From Octopus vulgaris (lineage: Eukaryota), in the NCBI GenBank assembly GCA_951406725.2, contig OX597843.1, positions 21,018,001-21,082,000 of the forward strand: a DNA stretch of 64,000 nt. Direction: 5' to 3'. This document shows positions 24,245 through 36,761 of this stretch, in pieces. The number at the start of each line of letters is the position of its first letter. Within the stretch, counting starts at the first letter, position 1. The notes beneath the pieces were generated by a model. That model saw nothing but the letters and a program-made list of their open reading frames with translations, searched no databases and was not told the origin of the DNA. Made by a program: the position numbers and the translations under genes.

Positions 24245-24483
24245 GATGAATTAGGGTAAATGTTTTTAAATTTTCACCTAATTTCTGAATTACTACTACT
24301 TGGCGGTGTGAGTTATGGCTGCTCTTTCTGGTGGTCGAGTGACCTGTTGGGGTCACTCCTAAATTGTTATATATATATATATATATATATATAATTAGGT
24401 AGATACAAGGGTAAAAAATCGGATTCATTATGAAAGAATTCATCAATATAACAAATTTCAAAATCTGTGAGAGAAACAAAGTA

Positions 24484-24525
<42 letters not shown>

Positions 24526-24866
24526 CCAATGTCTTTCATTTCCTCTACGCAAAATTTTCCACTCTATGAATTTATCGCTTAGTTTGAGTGCGTGTGTGTG
24601 TATGCTTGTGTATAAGGAATTTCATTAAGGAAACACGGTAATGTAAAAACTGTATGCAATATAATAGATTTTAATAGCATACATTTCCGTCACTAAATAT
24701 GATTTTTCTTACACAGACACACACACACACACACAGAAGAAAGCACTACGAACACACTCACACACATGCACACTCACACACATGCACACACACATATATG
24801 TACGTAACTATAGTTATGTGTTTATGTGTAATTTGATGTGTATAATGTATTAATTCATACATGCAC

Positions 24867-24899
<33 letters not shown>

Positions 24900-25479
24900 A
24901 CATATATATAGCCACTGTAAAGTGATCATAGGCAATATTTTTTGCTTCTTATACTGCTTCTTTCATGAACAGAGATTTTCTAACATTTTAGTGTCCTAGT
25001 CACACAATAAATGACACTATTTTCTATATATTGCAAGCGAAGTAAACTCCTGACATGCCTGGCGACGACTACCCACCTCCAAGGAGATCAAATACAGATC
25101 GAAACCTGTGGGCTAGAGTCTTTAAGCTAGTGAAGCAGGTGTTATCTCCCGATTGCACTAAATATCGAGTGTGAGAAGCGAACTGAATAAATCAACTGAT
25201 GTATTCCTGTGGTTAAATGGCAGTATAGTCGTATCGTAGACGACAGATTGATAGATAGAAAAATAGAGAGAGAGAGAGAGAGAGAGAGAGATAATATAGA
25301 TATAGATATATATTTACAAATATATATATATATAAATACACAAATACAAGCAGATATATGTATATGAGATAGATGTATGCATGTATAAATATTTATTTAG
25401 TATCTCTAATGATTTTCTCTGCCTCCCAAACCGTTCGTTTTTTATACAATTCTACAATATAGAATTTCTTCAACTGCCA

Positions 25480-25610
<131 letters not shown>

Positions 25611-25645
25611 CATGTATGTATGAAATACTTACATAACTATAAGTG

Positions 25646-25713
<68 letters not shown>

Positions 25714-25727
25714 CATATATATGCATG

Positions 25728-26500
25728 TACGAGGTCGTTTCGAAATTTCACGGACGAGTTCTATAGCACGCAAACGATTTTATGCGATGTGATAGCTAGC
25801 AGTGACCTTCATGAGGCAGCCTTCTGAGGGACATCGCTGTATATACTTCGCAAGATGTGGAATTTGCATTTCGGTGATAATGTAATCTGCGATTCTTGTC
25901 ATGAAGGGGAAATTGGAAGAAATGAAGAAAGTGTAATTTTACGTTAAAATTGGGAAGTCTGCTACAGAGAGATTGAGCATGCTTTGGAAAACTTATGGCG
26001 GCGAGACAGTGGGTCGTATGTAATGTTTCGACTGTATGGGCGCACGAAAAAATCACAGCTTAATCAAGACCATGTTCATCATTTTTTCCGACATCCTCGG
26101 TATTGTGCATTGGGAGCTTTTTCGGAGAGGACGTTCGGCGAAAATGACCGGTTCTGTGATTCGCGATGTATTGAATTTTTCACGACAACAATGCACCTAT
26201 CACCTCACTCGTAAGTTTCTTGCCAAAAGCAACATGCTATCGCTTCTGCACCTGCCCTATTCGCCAGGTTTACCACCTGCTGACTTGCATGTGTTCCTCA
26301 AGATGAAAAATCAGCTCAGAGGTCGAGATCAAGAGCGAATTTAACACCTTCATCGAGTTCAAGAGGTCCTCGACTCGCCTATGGAAAACTACGTCCAGGT
26401 CGTAGATTCCAAAAGTGTCAGAAAAGCCGGGGCGGTTGTATTATTGCTCAGGTAACATGAGTTACTTTTATCAAACATAGCTCGTTCAGGAACTTTATAT
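25728..26500 (+). mobile_element. Decayed mariner DNA transposon
   Basis: MFIIFSDILGIVHWE and HLPYSPGLPPADLHVF..MKNQLRG (YSPDLAPxD motif); degenerate TIRs tacgaggtcgtttcgaaatttcacggacgag / ctcgttcaggaacttt. Confidence 0.8.
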
Positions 26501-26774
26501 ATACGACGGGTTTCCTTCAGTTACCGTGTACCCAATTAACTAACATACACGGGTTTGTTCGGTTGGAGACCAGAGTACACGCAGAAGGACTAAATACACA
26601 AGCAAATTCTTATCACACAACCATGCCAACGCCTAAGAGTATGCACACACACTCTCACACACACACACAGACACACACTCACTCACACACAAACACACAC
26701 ACACTCACTCACACACACAATACACACACTCACGTTTGACGGAAATGGAAAATGGATTTTACGAGATTCGTTAA

Positions 26775-26878
26775 TCATTACTGCCGTTTCAACCCGTCTG
26801 CAATCGGCCCCTCACGGATGAGATAATGGTCGATTGGCCGCGGTGCATCTTTCTTTGCAGATGTTTCTCATCAGTTGA
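26775..26878 (-). ncRNA. Degenerate type I hammerhead motif with long stem II
   Basis: Minus strand: tcaa-CTGATGA-gaaacatctgca...tgcagacgggtt-GAAAC-ggca-GTA-atga; the first stem I pair is mismatched. Confidence 0.5.
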
Positions 26879-26944
26879 CATTTCAAAAAGTACTCTGCTC
26901 AATAAACTCGGTTTCACTTGGTTCGATTATAATGTATTTCGTTA

Positions 26945-26952
26945 GTTAATAC

Positions 26953-27013
<61 letters not shown>

Positions 27014-27040
27014 TATAAAAATAATAATAATAATAATATA
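26945..27040. repeat. (TAA)n microsatellite, left flank of Dong/R4 element
   Basis: Directly visible. Confidence 0.97.
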
Positions 27041-30000
27041 AAGGAGGAGGAGGAGAACACCGGTGACGTTTAACATGTGAGAACGATAAAACAGGGCTCC
27101 GAAATCTATCCACAAACATCGAAAACAAAGACATCGTATGGAGCCAAAAATTAACTGACCAAGGACTATATCCGAGTAAGTAATACTCATTGAAATTTAC
27201 TACTATTTTCCAAACGAAATTACGTATTTTAACTCGATATCATTTCCACCTCTAACACAAAACATGTAAACATGCTCGATACATTACGATCGATCAACAC
27301 CAGATCATCTCCGGCCCCAAACACCATGTACAAAAAACTACGAAGAAATTAAATAATACCGATATTATTCAACCCAAGAATAACAATCGGGAAGTACGTA
27401 CTTTAACTTACGACATATAATGTACGAAAGACTACACGTGCAAAACAATGTGACGACAGAAATGAACGGACCGGTACCCTACGAAAATGACGACCGTCAA
27501 AATAATGGGCCGGACGTTGTTCCTCATGTCCCGCAAATAAAACCCAAAAGACATAAATGGACATTTGAGGAATACATTTCTATCCTACACGCTCCGTTTA
27601 CAGCAGTGCTCTACCCAGAGAATGAAAACACAACAACACATACATATAAAATATGGAAGAAAAATAACATAAATATAGACTTGGATACAGCAATGAACCC
27701 TAATAAACTAGCTAACGTACAAAGATATATTCTCAACGCAAAATATAATATCAGAAATAGAAATAGAACATTTAAAAGAAAAAATACATCAGTAAAATGT
27801 AGATAGAAGCCACACAACAATGCCCAATAATATAAACACTGAAACAGTAAACCACGAAGACAAACGTAACATTTCCAACAAAAACGATGTAAACAAAAAA
27901 ACAACAAACCCAGACCGTAAGGATGCATAATAATACCCGACAAACAGCAAGCCAAAACACAACAGACAAACATACGAACGTGAAAAAAAGCGACACAAAT
28001 CTAAAACCTGGAAACAACGAAGGGGAGCCTAATGATTATGATAATATAAAAAGTAGAATAATCAAAGAACTGAAAAACACAGATCTCAAGATGGACCACC
28101 GACCATACCTCCCAAAAATCAAAATAGACAAAACAACAACATCAATTATAAACAGCATAAACCTAGCCATCACAGAACTAATAGCCACTGAAACAAGTAG
28201 CGATATCACTGAGCAAAATGACTTAGTATATGCAGCAGCCACTGCAGCCACAAAAGAAGCTGGATACTCCCTCAAACCCATCCAAACAGGAGTACCACCA
28301 CCCAAACAAACCCTGTGGATAAATAACATCCAAAAGAAAATACAAAAAATGAGAAACGATCTGTCGATTGTTAATGAAATCAGCAAACAATCAACGCTAC
28401 TGAGCAACAAAAAGAAAACAAAAATACTGAGCAAATACAACATCATAGAAAAAGATTTACCTGAGATAAAAGAAAAACTAAAGCAAGATATCCTTGCCAA
28501 AGCACAAAGGATCCGCCGGTATGAGAAACGCCAACGTTTCTTTGAACAAAACAAAGAGTTCAACTCCAACCCCAAAAAGTTCTACCAAGAACTTGGCGAA
28601 ATTAAAATAGACATCACTGCAGCACCAACGGCAGAAGAAGTGGAATAATTCTGGAAAGGAATATGGTCGGCGAATGAACAACCAAAAAAAAAAGGAATAT
28701 TAAAACAACAAACATAGCATCTGAGCAACTTTGGACCCCATAACAACTGAAGAGGTCACCCAGGCACTGCAAAGACTAAGCAACTGGAAGGCACCCGGGC
28801 ATGACAAGATCCCCAACTTCTGGTTGAAATATCTACCAGGTATACGAAAAACGCTGGCTGAAAGCTTTAACAACATACTGGCAGAACCAGAGACAATGCC
28901 TGAATGGCTCACGAAGGGGAAAACCATCTTAATTCCCAAATCCAATGAGACAGCAAAACCAGAAACTGCAGACCTATAACCTGTCTCCCTACAATTTACA
29001 AAGCATTTACTGCAATAATATCACAAAGATTAAACAAGCACCTGGACAAAAACCACCAGTTCCAGAAGAGCAGAAAGGATGCCGCAAAGGCTCATATGGC
29101 TGTAAAGATCAACTAATGATCAATAAAGACATAACTGAAGACAGCCACAGAAAGAAGAAAGGCCTCAGTATGGCATGGATCGACTACAGAAAGGCGTTTG
29201 ATAGCATCCCCCACACATGGATCCTCGAAACACTAGCCATTAACAAAGTAGCACCAACAATTATAAAATTCATAGAACACTCTATGAATAAATGGCAAAC
29301 AGTGCTACAGCTCCAAACAAAAGAGGGACTCATGAAAACCAAAGCCATCCCCATTAGGATAGGAATATTCCAGGGAAACACGCTCTCTCCACTCCTTTTC
29401 TGCTTAGCACTGTCACCTCTATCTGATATGCTAAAAAGAACTGGATGCAGATATAAATGTTACAGCAAAACGATCAGCCACCTTTTATATATGGATGAGC
29501 TAAAACTATACGCTGCAAATGACAAACAGCTGGAAACACTATTAAAGACAGTTCATGGATTTACCAAAGAAATAGATCTGAAATTTGAATTAGAAAAATG
29601 CACCAAAGTAACCCTGATAAGAGGAAAACTAGTTAAGAGTAGCAACATCACACTAGATAAAACCAATGAAATGAAAGAATTAGACCAAAGCCAAACTTAC
29701 AAATACTTAGGAATCCATGAACTAGATAAGACACAACACACACAAATGAAAGAGAAAATAAAAAAAGAATATTATAGACGAGTTAGATCAATACTAAAAA
29801 CAGAGCTCAATGCTAAAAACAAGATAATAGGCATTAACACTTTAGCCGTTCCAGTTGTAAGTTACAGCTACAGCATCCTTAACTGGACACTAAATGAACT
29901 GACCAAAATAGATAGGAAAACAAGAAAAATAATGACAGGATCTAGGATGCATCACCCAAAATCTGACATAGAAAGACTATATATACAACGTATAAAAGGT

Positions 30001-31104
30001 GGTAGAGGCCTTATACAACTGGGAAACTACTATAAAATAACCACCATAGGACTTCAAAAATATCTACTTCAGAAGGAAGGAAAACTGATACAAATAGCGG
30101 CAAAACACGAGCAAAACAAAAAACAGTTCTCAGTATCTAAGGAAGCTGACAAATACAAACAAGAACTCATACCACCTAATAAATATGAAGAAGAAGAAGA
30201 AGAAGAAGAAGAAAAAGAAGAAGAAGAAGAAGAAGAAGAAGAAGAAGAAGAAGAAGAAGAAGAAGAAGAAGAAGAAGAAACGATAAAAGCTATAAAACAA
30301 ATGAAATCCAAATTAAAAATAGAACAGCAACGAACCATGATAAAACGATGGCAAGAAAAGCCCCTTCATGGTAAATACTGCACTAAACTAAACGCAAAAG
30401 AAATAGACAAAGAAAAATCCCTGCAATGGTTGAGAAATATTACAAGTAACTGCAGAATATGTGGAGATGGACAAGAAACAATAAATCATATTATCTCTGG
30501 CTGTCCAGTCCTGGCTAAGAAAGAATATATTCACAGACACGACAGTGTTGGTACCTACATACACTGGAAGCTATGCCAACATTATGGAATAACAACAGAA
30601 AAAATGGCATAAGCACACACCAGAAAAGGGCACAGAAAACGAGAAAGCAACCATAATCTGGGATATGCCGATAAACACAGATGGAGAAATTAAGGCCAAC
30701 AGACCAGATATAGTTGTCAGAGATCATGAGGGAAAAATGCTTTCTAATTGATGTATCAATACCAGCAGATGACAACGTGTCTCTAAAAGAAATGGAGAAA
30801 CTTCCAAAATAGAAATAGAGGTAACCAGGATGTGGAATCTAAAAACAGAAACAATTCCTATCATAGTAGGTGCATTAGGCATGATAAAAAATATTCAGAC
30901 AAATACATAACAAAAACACCAGGACTTACAAACGCATATAACATACAGAAAATTGCACTACTAGGCACTGCAAACATCCTACGCAGAACACTTTCCATAC
31001 AATAACCATCAGAGCATCACAACAAATCACAGCACATACCCAAGGCACACAGAGCTGCGCTCGGTAGGGATGTGAAAGCACGATATAAAAATAAAACTAC
31101 TGAA
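27041..31104 (+). mobile_element. Near full-length Dong/R4-clade non-LTR retrotransposon
   Basis: KAPGHDKIPNFWLK, EQKGCRKGSYGCKDQL, WIDYRKAFDSIPH, GIFQG..LSPLLF, HLLYMDELKLY, YKYLG, CRICG..ETINHIISGC..RHD, NRPDIV..LIDVSIP; flanked by TAA repeats. Confidence 0.9.
27420..31005 (+). pseudogene. RT-zinc knuckle-RLE polyprotein, broken into several ORFs (largest 28945-30612)
   Basis: ORF track 27420-27806, 27923-28648, 28731-28979 and 28945-30612, plus RLE motifs downstream; catalytic YMDD reads YMDE. Confidence 0.88.
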
Positions 31105-31105
31105 A

Positions 31106-31157
<52 letters not shown>

Positions 31158-31189
31158 TAATAATAGTAATAATAATAATAACATTAATG

Positions 31190-31273
<84 letters not shown>

Positions 31274-31325
31274 TGAAGAAGAAGACGAAGGAAAACAACA
31301 ACAACAACAACAATAACAACGAAAA
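31105..31325. repeat. (TAA)n microsatellite, right flank
   Basis: Directly visible. Confidence 0.97.
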
Positions 31326-32529
31326 AGTCGCTGATGAATAAAAAGTAATATAAGTAGCAAGAAAACAGTAAAGATGGACAAGCAAAACAATAACAAGAAA
31401 ATTTGGGAATGAGGATAGAAATGATAATAAAAATATATCAACATAAGTAAAATTATCAGACATACACACAGACACAAACGTACGAGGGACACACCAAACG
31501 TTGTTTTATGTTGTGGACGACTAGCTACATTAACATCCTTCCTAAAGAAATTGAAACGGAATATGCAGCCATCACACTGCACAGTTTGGCCAAATTGCCC
31601 CAGCTGTAGCTCGCTGTACAAATAGAAAATGACGACTACCAACTTCAGCACGTCATGTAATTGTAGTGTTTAAAATAACTCATTATTGAATCAGTATCTC
31701 AAAAGAGTGAGGATGAATATATTTCTATACTTACTTTTCTTGAAGTGAGTTTAACTCTGCATAAATATATATTTCATAATATACCCATCTATAGATACAA
31801 ATACAAACATAGATATTCACGTACAATCATACACTCATACACAAAATGTTAGACATTTATGCAGACACATAGAGACACAAACACTCATAGACACCTTCAT
31901 ACACAGTCTTACATGAAAATAGTAGCAGAACATTAGTTAGAGATAGAGAGAGAAAAAGGAAGATGAGAAGACATTAAGTTCTGAGAAAAATTTCGTAAAT
32001 GAAATAATATCAAAAAACTTAAGCAACTTACATTGTCTGTAAACTTTGAAGGTTTTGAAAGTATCCTTGTTGGATGGTTGTGATCTTATTAAATGCGAGA
32101 TATCTGAAACATAAGACACAGTCCAAAAGAAAGAGTATTAAAAAGATTTCTTATAAAATATTAAATGTTGTATCTTTAGAATGATATTAATAAAAAGAAG
32201 ACGATGATGAAGAAAATGGCCGAGATGATGTTGATGATGATGATGAGAAGGAGGATTGCGATGTTGATTGTAAATGTAGTAATAATGACGGTGAGAAGGA
32301 AAAATGGTGATGATTATTATCGAAAACGATGACAAACGCTACCGATTAATTGGTGATGACGACGTTGATTATTATGATGTTCATAACGAAGGTGATGATG
32401 ATTCTGCATGCTAGAAATAGCAGAGTAAATGAGGGAAGGAAATAGTTATGATGACAAGATAAATTATAACGATTAGTGAATACGAAAATATGATTAGCAG
32501 AAGGACTATGAATATGATAGCGCTGAAGA

Positions 32530-32535
32530 TGATAC

Positions 32536-32568
<33 letters not shown>

Positions 32569-32718
32569 CGACGATGATTACGATGATGATGATGATGTTG
32601 ATGATGATGATGATGATGATGATGATGACGATGACGATGACGACGACGACGATGACGACGACGACGATGATGATGATGATGATGATGATGTAATGATCAT
32701 ATTGATGATGATGATGAC

Positions 32719-32753
<35 letters not shown>

Positions 32754-32850
32754 CGATGATGACGATGATGGTGCTGCTGATGATGATGATGACGATGATG
32801 ACGATGATGGTGCTGCTGATGATGATGATGACGATGATGACGATGATGAC
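32530..32850. repeat. (GAT/GAC)n microsatellite
   Basis: Directly visible; further simple repeats at 34090-34260 (CAG/TAG/GAA). Confidence 0.97.
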
Positions 32851-33188
32851 CATAATGTTGCGAAAGATGTGATGAAAAATTAGAAATTGATATGAATAAC
32901 GAAGAAGGTGAAGGAAAATAAATCATAGAACGGATAAATATAGAAAAGTAGAAGAAGAAGAAGCGAAAATGATTCACGAAGAGAGGAGAAAGCAGTTGAT
33001 TAAAAGCAGAAGAACCAGAAAATGATGAACAAGATGAATGTAGAGAAAACGTTGTGATGAAGACGATAAATGCAGGAAAAGAAGATATATTAAGACAAGA
33101 AATATAACGTGGAATATCAGAATGGGGAAACAAGTGGGAATAAAGGAATATAAATACAAATACTATAGTCACACATCAAACAAACACG

Positions 33189-33224
<36 letters not shown>

Positions 33225-33231
<7 letters not shown>

Positions 33232-33785
33232 GCACGTTTATGTATTTGTTTTGCAAGAATTTTGATGTGAAATCGTGTGTTGAAACAGATATTTGTTGTA
33301 ATTAGGAATGGTCATTTTGTCAGTTTAGCCAATAAAAAACACACGCACTATATATTTGGTGTTACTTTGCTTCAGCGTTATTCATTTTTTACATTAATCA
33401 TAGTCTTCTTTCGGCCAGAGTTCTTTCGTCACACTCCAGTGACCTCATCAGTGATCCTTTGCTTTCTTCTTTCTTATTTGTGTCTCTCTCCTTACCAAAG
33501 GTCAGCAATTTTGTATTTTGTATTTTTATTGTATGTGTCTTCATTTGCGCATATGGATATACGTCTATATGTGTCTATGTTTAATTAGTGTGTGTGTGTG
33601 AGGGAAGAGCCTGTAATTTTTGTATCTCCTGTTTATATAGGTTCGAAAGAACTCTGGCCGAAATAAGATTAAATTTAATGTAAAAAATAAATAACGCTGA
33701 AGCAAAGTAACACCAAATATATAGTGCGTGTGTTTTTATTGGCTAAAATGGCAAAATGACCATTCCTAAATACAACAACAATATA
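33225..33785 (-). mobile_element. Penelope-pLTR-like repeat with partial inverted copy
   Basis: 33292-33428 is the inverse of 33644-33778; contains a hammerhead motif; a full inverted copy lies at 35095-35515. Confidence 0.65.
33413..33457 (-). ncRNA. Minimal type I hammerhead ribozyme motif
   Basis: Minus strand: ggatca-CTGATGA-g-gtcac-tggagt-gtgac-GAAA-gaa-CTC-tggcc. Confidence 0.68.
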
Positions 33786-34169
33786 TATATATATGTGTGT
33801 GTATGTGCTTGTACATACACACATCCACCTATATATATCTTATCAAACGCTGATGCATGAACGCACACACTCACTTCCAGCCCTCACATATATTCCCACT
33901 TTCTTACACACAGGCAAACACAAATTGCAAGACAATATGAATTGTAGAAGAATGAGGGTAAATAAAGAAGATAAGAGAGACATTTAGTTTGTGGAAATGA
34001 CATTGGATGACATATCGAGATCTTATTATGAAGAAGATGACTAACATAAGAGAAAGTTGATGATGAAGAATAGGCCGAAGAAGAAAACAACGATGAAGCA
34101 GCAGCAACAACAGTAGTAGTTGTAGTAGTAGTAGTAGTAGTAGTAGTAGAAGAAGAAGAAGAAGAGGAA

Positions 34170-34204
<35 letters not shown>

Positions 34205-35094
34205 AGAAGAAGATGATGATGTTGATTATAATGATAACGATGATGAGCAACAACAACAGTAACAACGTTAAAACAACAATAAGAGAAGTGACAGAAGATG
34301 TTGGAGCTGAAGAAAAGAATGATGTAAAAAATAAGGAGGAAACGAAGGAGTCTGTCATGAAGACAAATTAAATATAATATTTCTGATCTTATAATAATTC
34401 TGTTTGTCGTTATGTTAATTACTCCGTCGGTAACGCTTTCTCGTGATTAGAGAAAAAGAGGGAGAACGAAAAAGAGCAAAAGGGAAATGTCCATGACCTG
34501 AGTTTGAAGGAAGTGACTGTAATGCTTTCACGTCATTAGTTGATTGGAAAGAGAGACAAAGAGAAAGAAAAAGGAATGAGAAAACGAAAGTAAGATGAAA
34601 AGTGGAGCAGAAAGAGAGGGAGAGGGAGAAAAGGGGAGAGAGAAAAAACCGAGGGAGAAAAAGAGGGGGAGGACATTGTGGTAGGGGGAACGTAATATTT
34701 ATTACGTGACGAAAATTTAGTTGAAGGTCGTGATATTGAGGAGGGTTACGAATAAACAAGTGTGTGTGTGGGGGGGATGCCTGTAATATTTGTATCTTCT
34801 GGTTATATACATTCTTGTAATTTGTATTTTGTTTTTGTTGTTGTTGCTTTTGTTGTTGTTGCTTTTGTTCTAATTTTGTTCATGTGTTTACATCCACCCA
34901 TTATTATCATTACATATGCTTGTATGTATGTATAACAACAATATTAGTAATAATAATAATAAATCTAATCTAAAAAAAAAAAAAAAAAAAAAAAAAAGAA
35001 CATACATATACATATATATATATACATACATATACATATACATATATATATATATACACACATATATACACATATACATATACATATACATATA

Positions 35095-35515
35095 CAACAA
35101 AAACAAAATACAAATTACAAGAATGTATATAACCAGAAGATACAAATATTACAGGCATCCCCCCCACACACACACTAAATAAACATAGACGCACATAGAG
35201 ATATAAGCATGCGCAAATGAAGACATACAATAGAAATACAAAATGGCTGACGGTTAGTAAGGAGAGACACAAGTAAGTGAGAAGAAAACAAAGGACCACT
35301 GATGCGGTCACAGGAGTGTGACGAAAGAACTTTGGCCGAAATAAGATTAAGATTAATGTAAAAAATAAATATCACTGAAGCAAAATAACACCAAATATAT
35401 AGTGCGTGTGTTTTTATTGGCTAAACTGGCAATATGACCATTCCGAAATATAACAATATCTGTTTCAACACACGACTTCACATAAAAAATCTTGCACAAC
35501 AAATATTTAAACGTA
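35095..35515 (+). mobile_element. Second copy of the pLTR-like repeat, with a mutated hammerhead at 35293-35337
   Basis: Reverse complement of 33225-33640; the core reads CTGATGC..gtcac/gtgac..GAAAgaactt. Confidence 0.65.
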
Positions 35516-35789
35516 TATATATATATATATATATATATTACAATTAAGAAATATAAACATTATAGTTAAAATATATATATTTCATTTAAAATAAAGGTGG
35601 ACACAGTAAATTCCATCTCTACAAGATCACGATTAATGTTGTTACTGCTTCTCATATATGACGCCGTTGGTTGTGCTTCCGCTATGGAGGAGATAAAAAT
35701 TCGCAGTTTACGGTTATTTGATCCTTTTTCCAAAGCTGTGCTTATGAAATAAGCAAATTACAAAACTTGACTGAAGAATGAAAAGTTAA

Positions 35790-36548
35790 AGAAGATTAGA
35801 AGCTACTCGCGAGAGGGTTAGGCACTACAGGCAGCGAATAAGAGAAGAACAGCGGTAAGAAATCAGAGAAAGGGACAACTGGTACCAACAGATGAGACGA
35901 TCTGCAATGGATGAAGAGCAACGCAAGGCACAATTGTTGTGAGAGAGAATGCGAGACCAAGGTAGAAGACAGGATGAGGAAGAAGAAACACAGTACAAGG
36001 AACAACAAAGATTGATATTTCAGCGGAGAATGGAAAACATGAATGATATGCAGCATCCGCAGTATCAGGACCAACAGAAAAGCGTAATGTAACAGAGAAG
36101 GGAGAATATGGATGATTTGGAAAGGGCTGCTTTCTCCAAGGTCAAACAGAGAGACATCAAGATGGATTTGCAAGTATGAATGCTGAACAGGCGTTGCGTT
36201 TGCGAGATGAACAGGTGCAACGAAAGCGTGAAGGAAGACATGGACTACCACTGAACAGACACAATAATTCTAAACGAACCTGTCGTATTGGTGATATGTT
36301 TTATATTGCGAGTATTGTGGTGCACTGAAGTTTAAATATGAAAACTTCATGTTCTGTCACAATAATAAAGTGAATTTTCCTCCACTACAACTAAACACTC
36401 AGACATTGAAGCGTTTGTCTGAGAAAATAACCAAGAGTCTGCTTCATTTCGAAAAAAACATCAGCAACTACAACTGCATATCTTCCTATACGTCATTTGG
36501 TGTGAAACTCTCTGTGCCGCAAGGAAGAGGTCTACATTGTTTCTGTAT
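35790..36548 (+). pseudogene. Helitron RepHel N-terminal part (left of Gypsy insertion)
   Basis: Charged R/E-rich segment, C..CGALKF..E...CHNNKV.FPPL, NISNYN...YTSFG, GLHCF (half of the GPYCFRIxGQ motif). Confidence 0.75.
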
Positions 36549-36761
36549 TGTTGTGGAAGGGTTCCGACCACCTTCCAATTGACTAAACGGGAACTGACAC
36601 ATTCCTATTAAATAGACAACTGTCGAGTCTTCAGCAATTAATTGGTAATTAGTTCACTGTTAGCCATTGACAGAGAGCGTTGGGTAATCGATTCGCGTCG
36701 TGTAAACACTTTTTTTTCCCCCTGATTCCTTAAATCATACGTTCCAAACCAGGGTATAAAA
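36549..36761 (+). repeat. 5' LTR
   Basis: Starts tgttgtggaag; homologous to 40166-40390; followed by the PBS-like site. Confidence 0.8.

Larger units (their letters stand above)
22749..24370. repeat. 475-bp tandem array (about 2.25 units) plus ~555-bp inverted copy, flanked by (TA)n
   Basis: agtcaatttagggtagc at 22751, 23226 and 23701; sequence from ~23815 to 24370 is the reverse complement of the array. Confidence 0.95.

Noticed and set aside
22749-24370. CRISPR array or TIR-bounded MITE
   Set aside because: Units are long and identical with no spacers; the inversion is internal and asymmetric; the context is eukaryotic.
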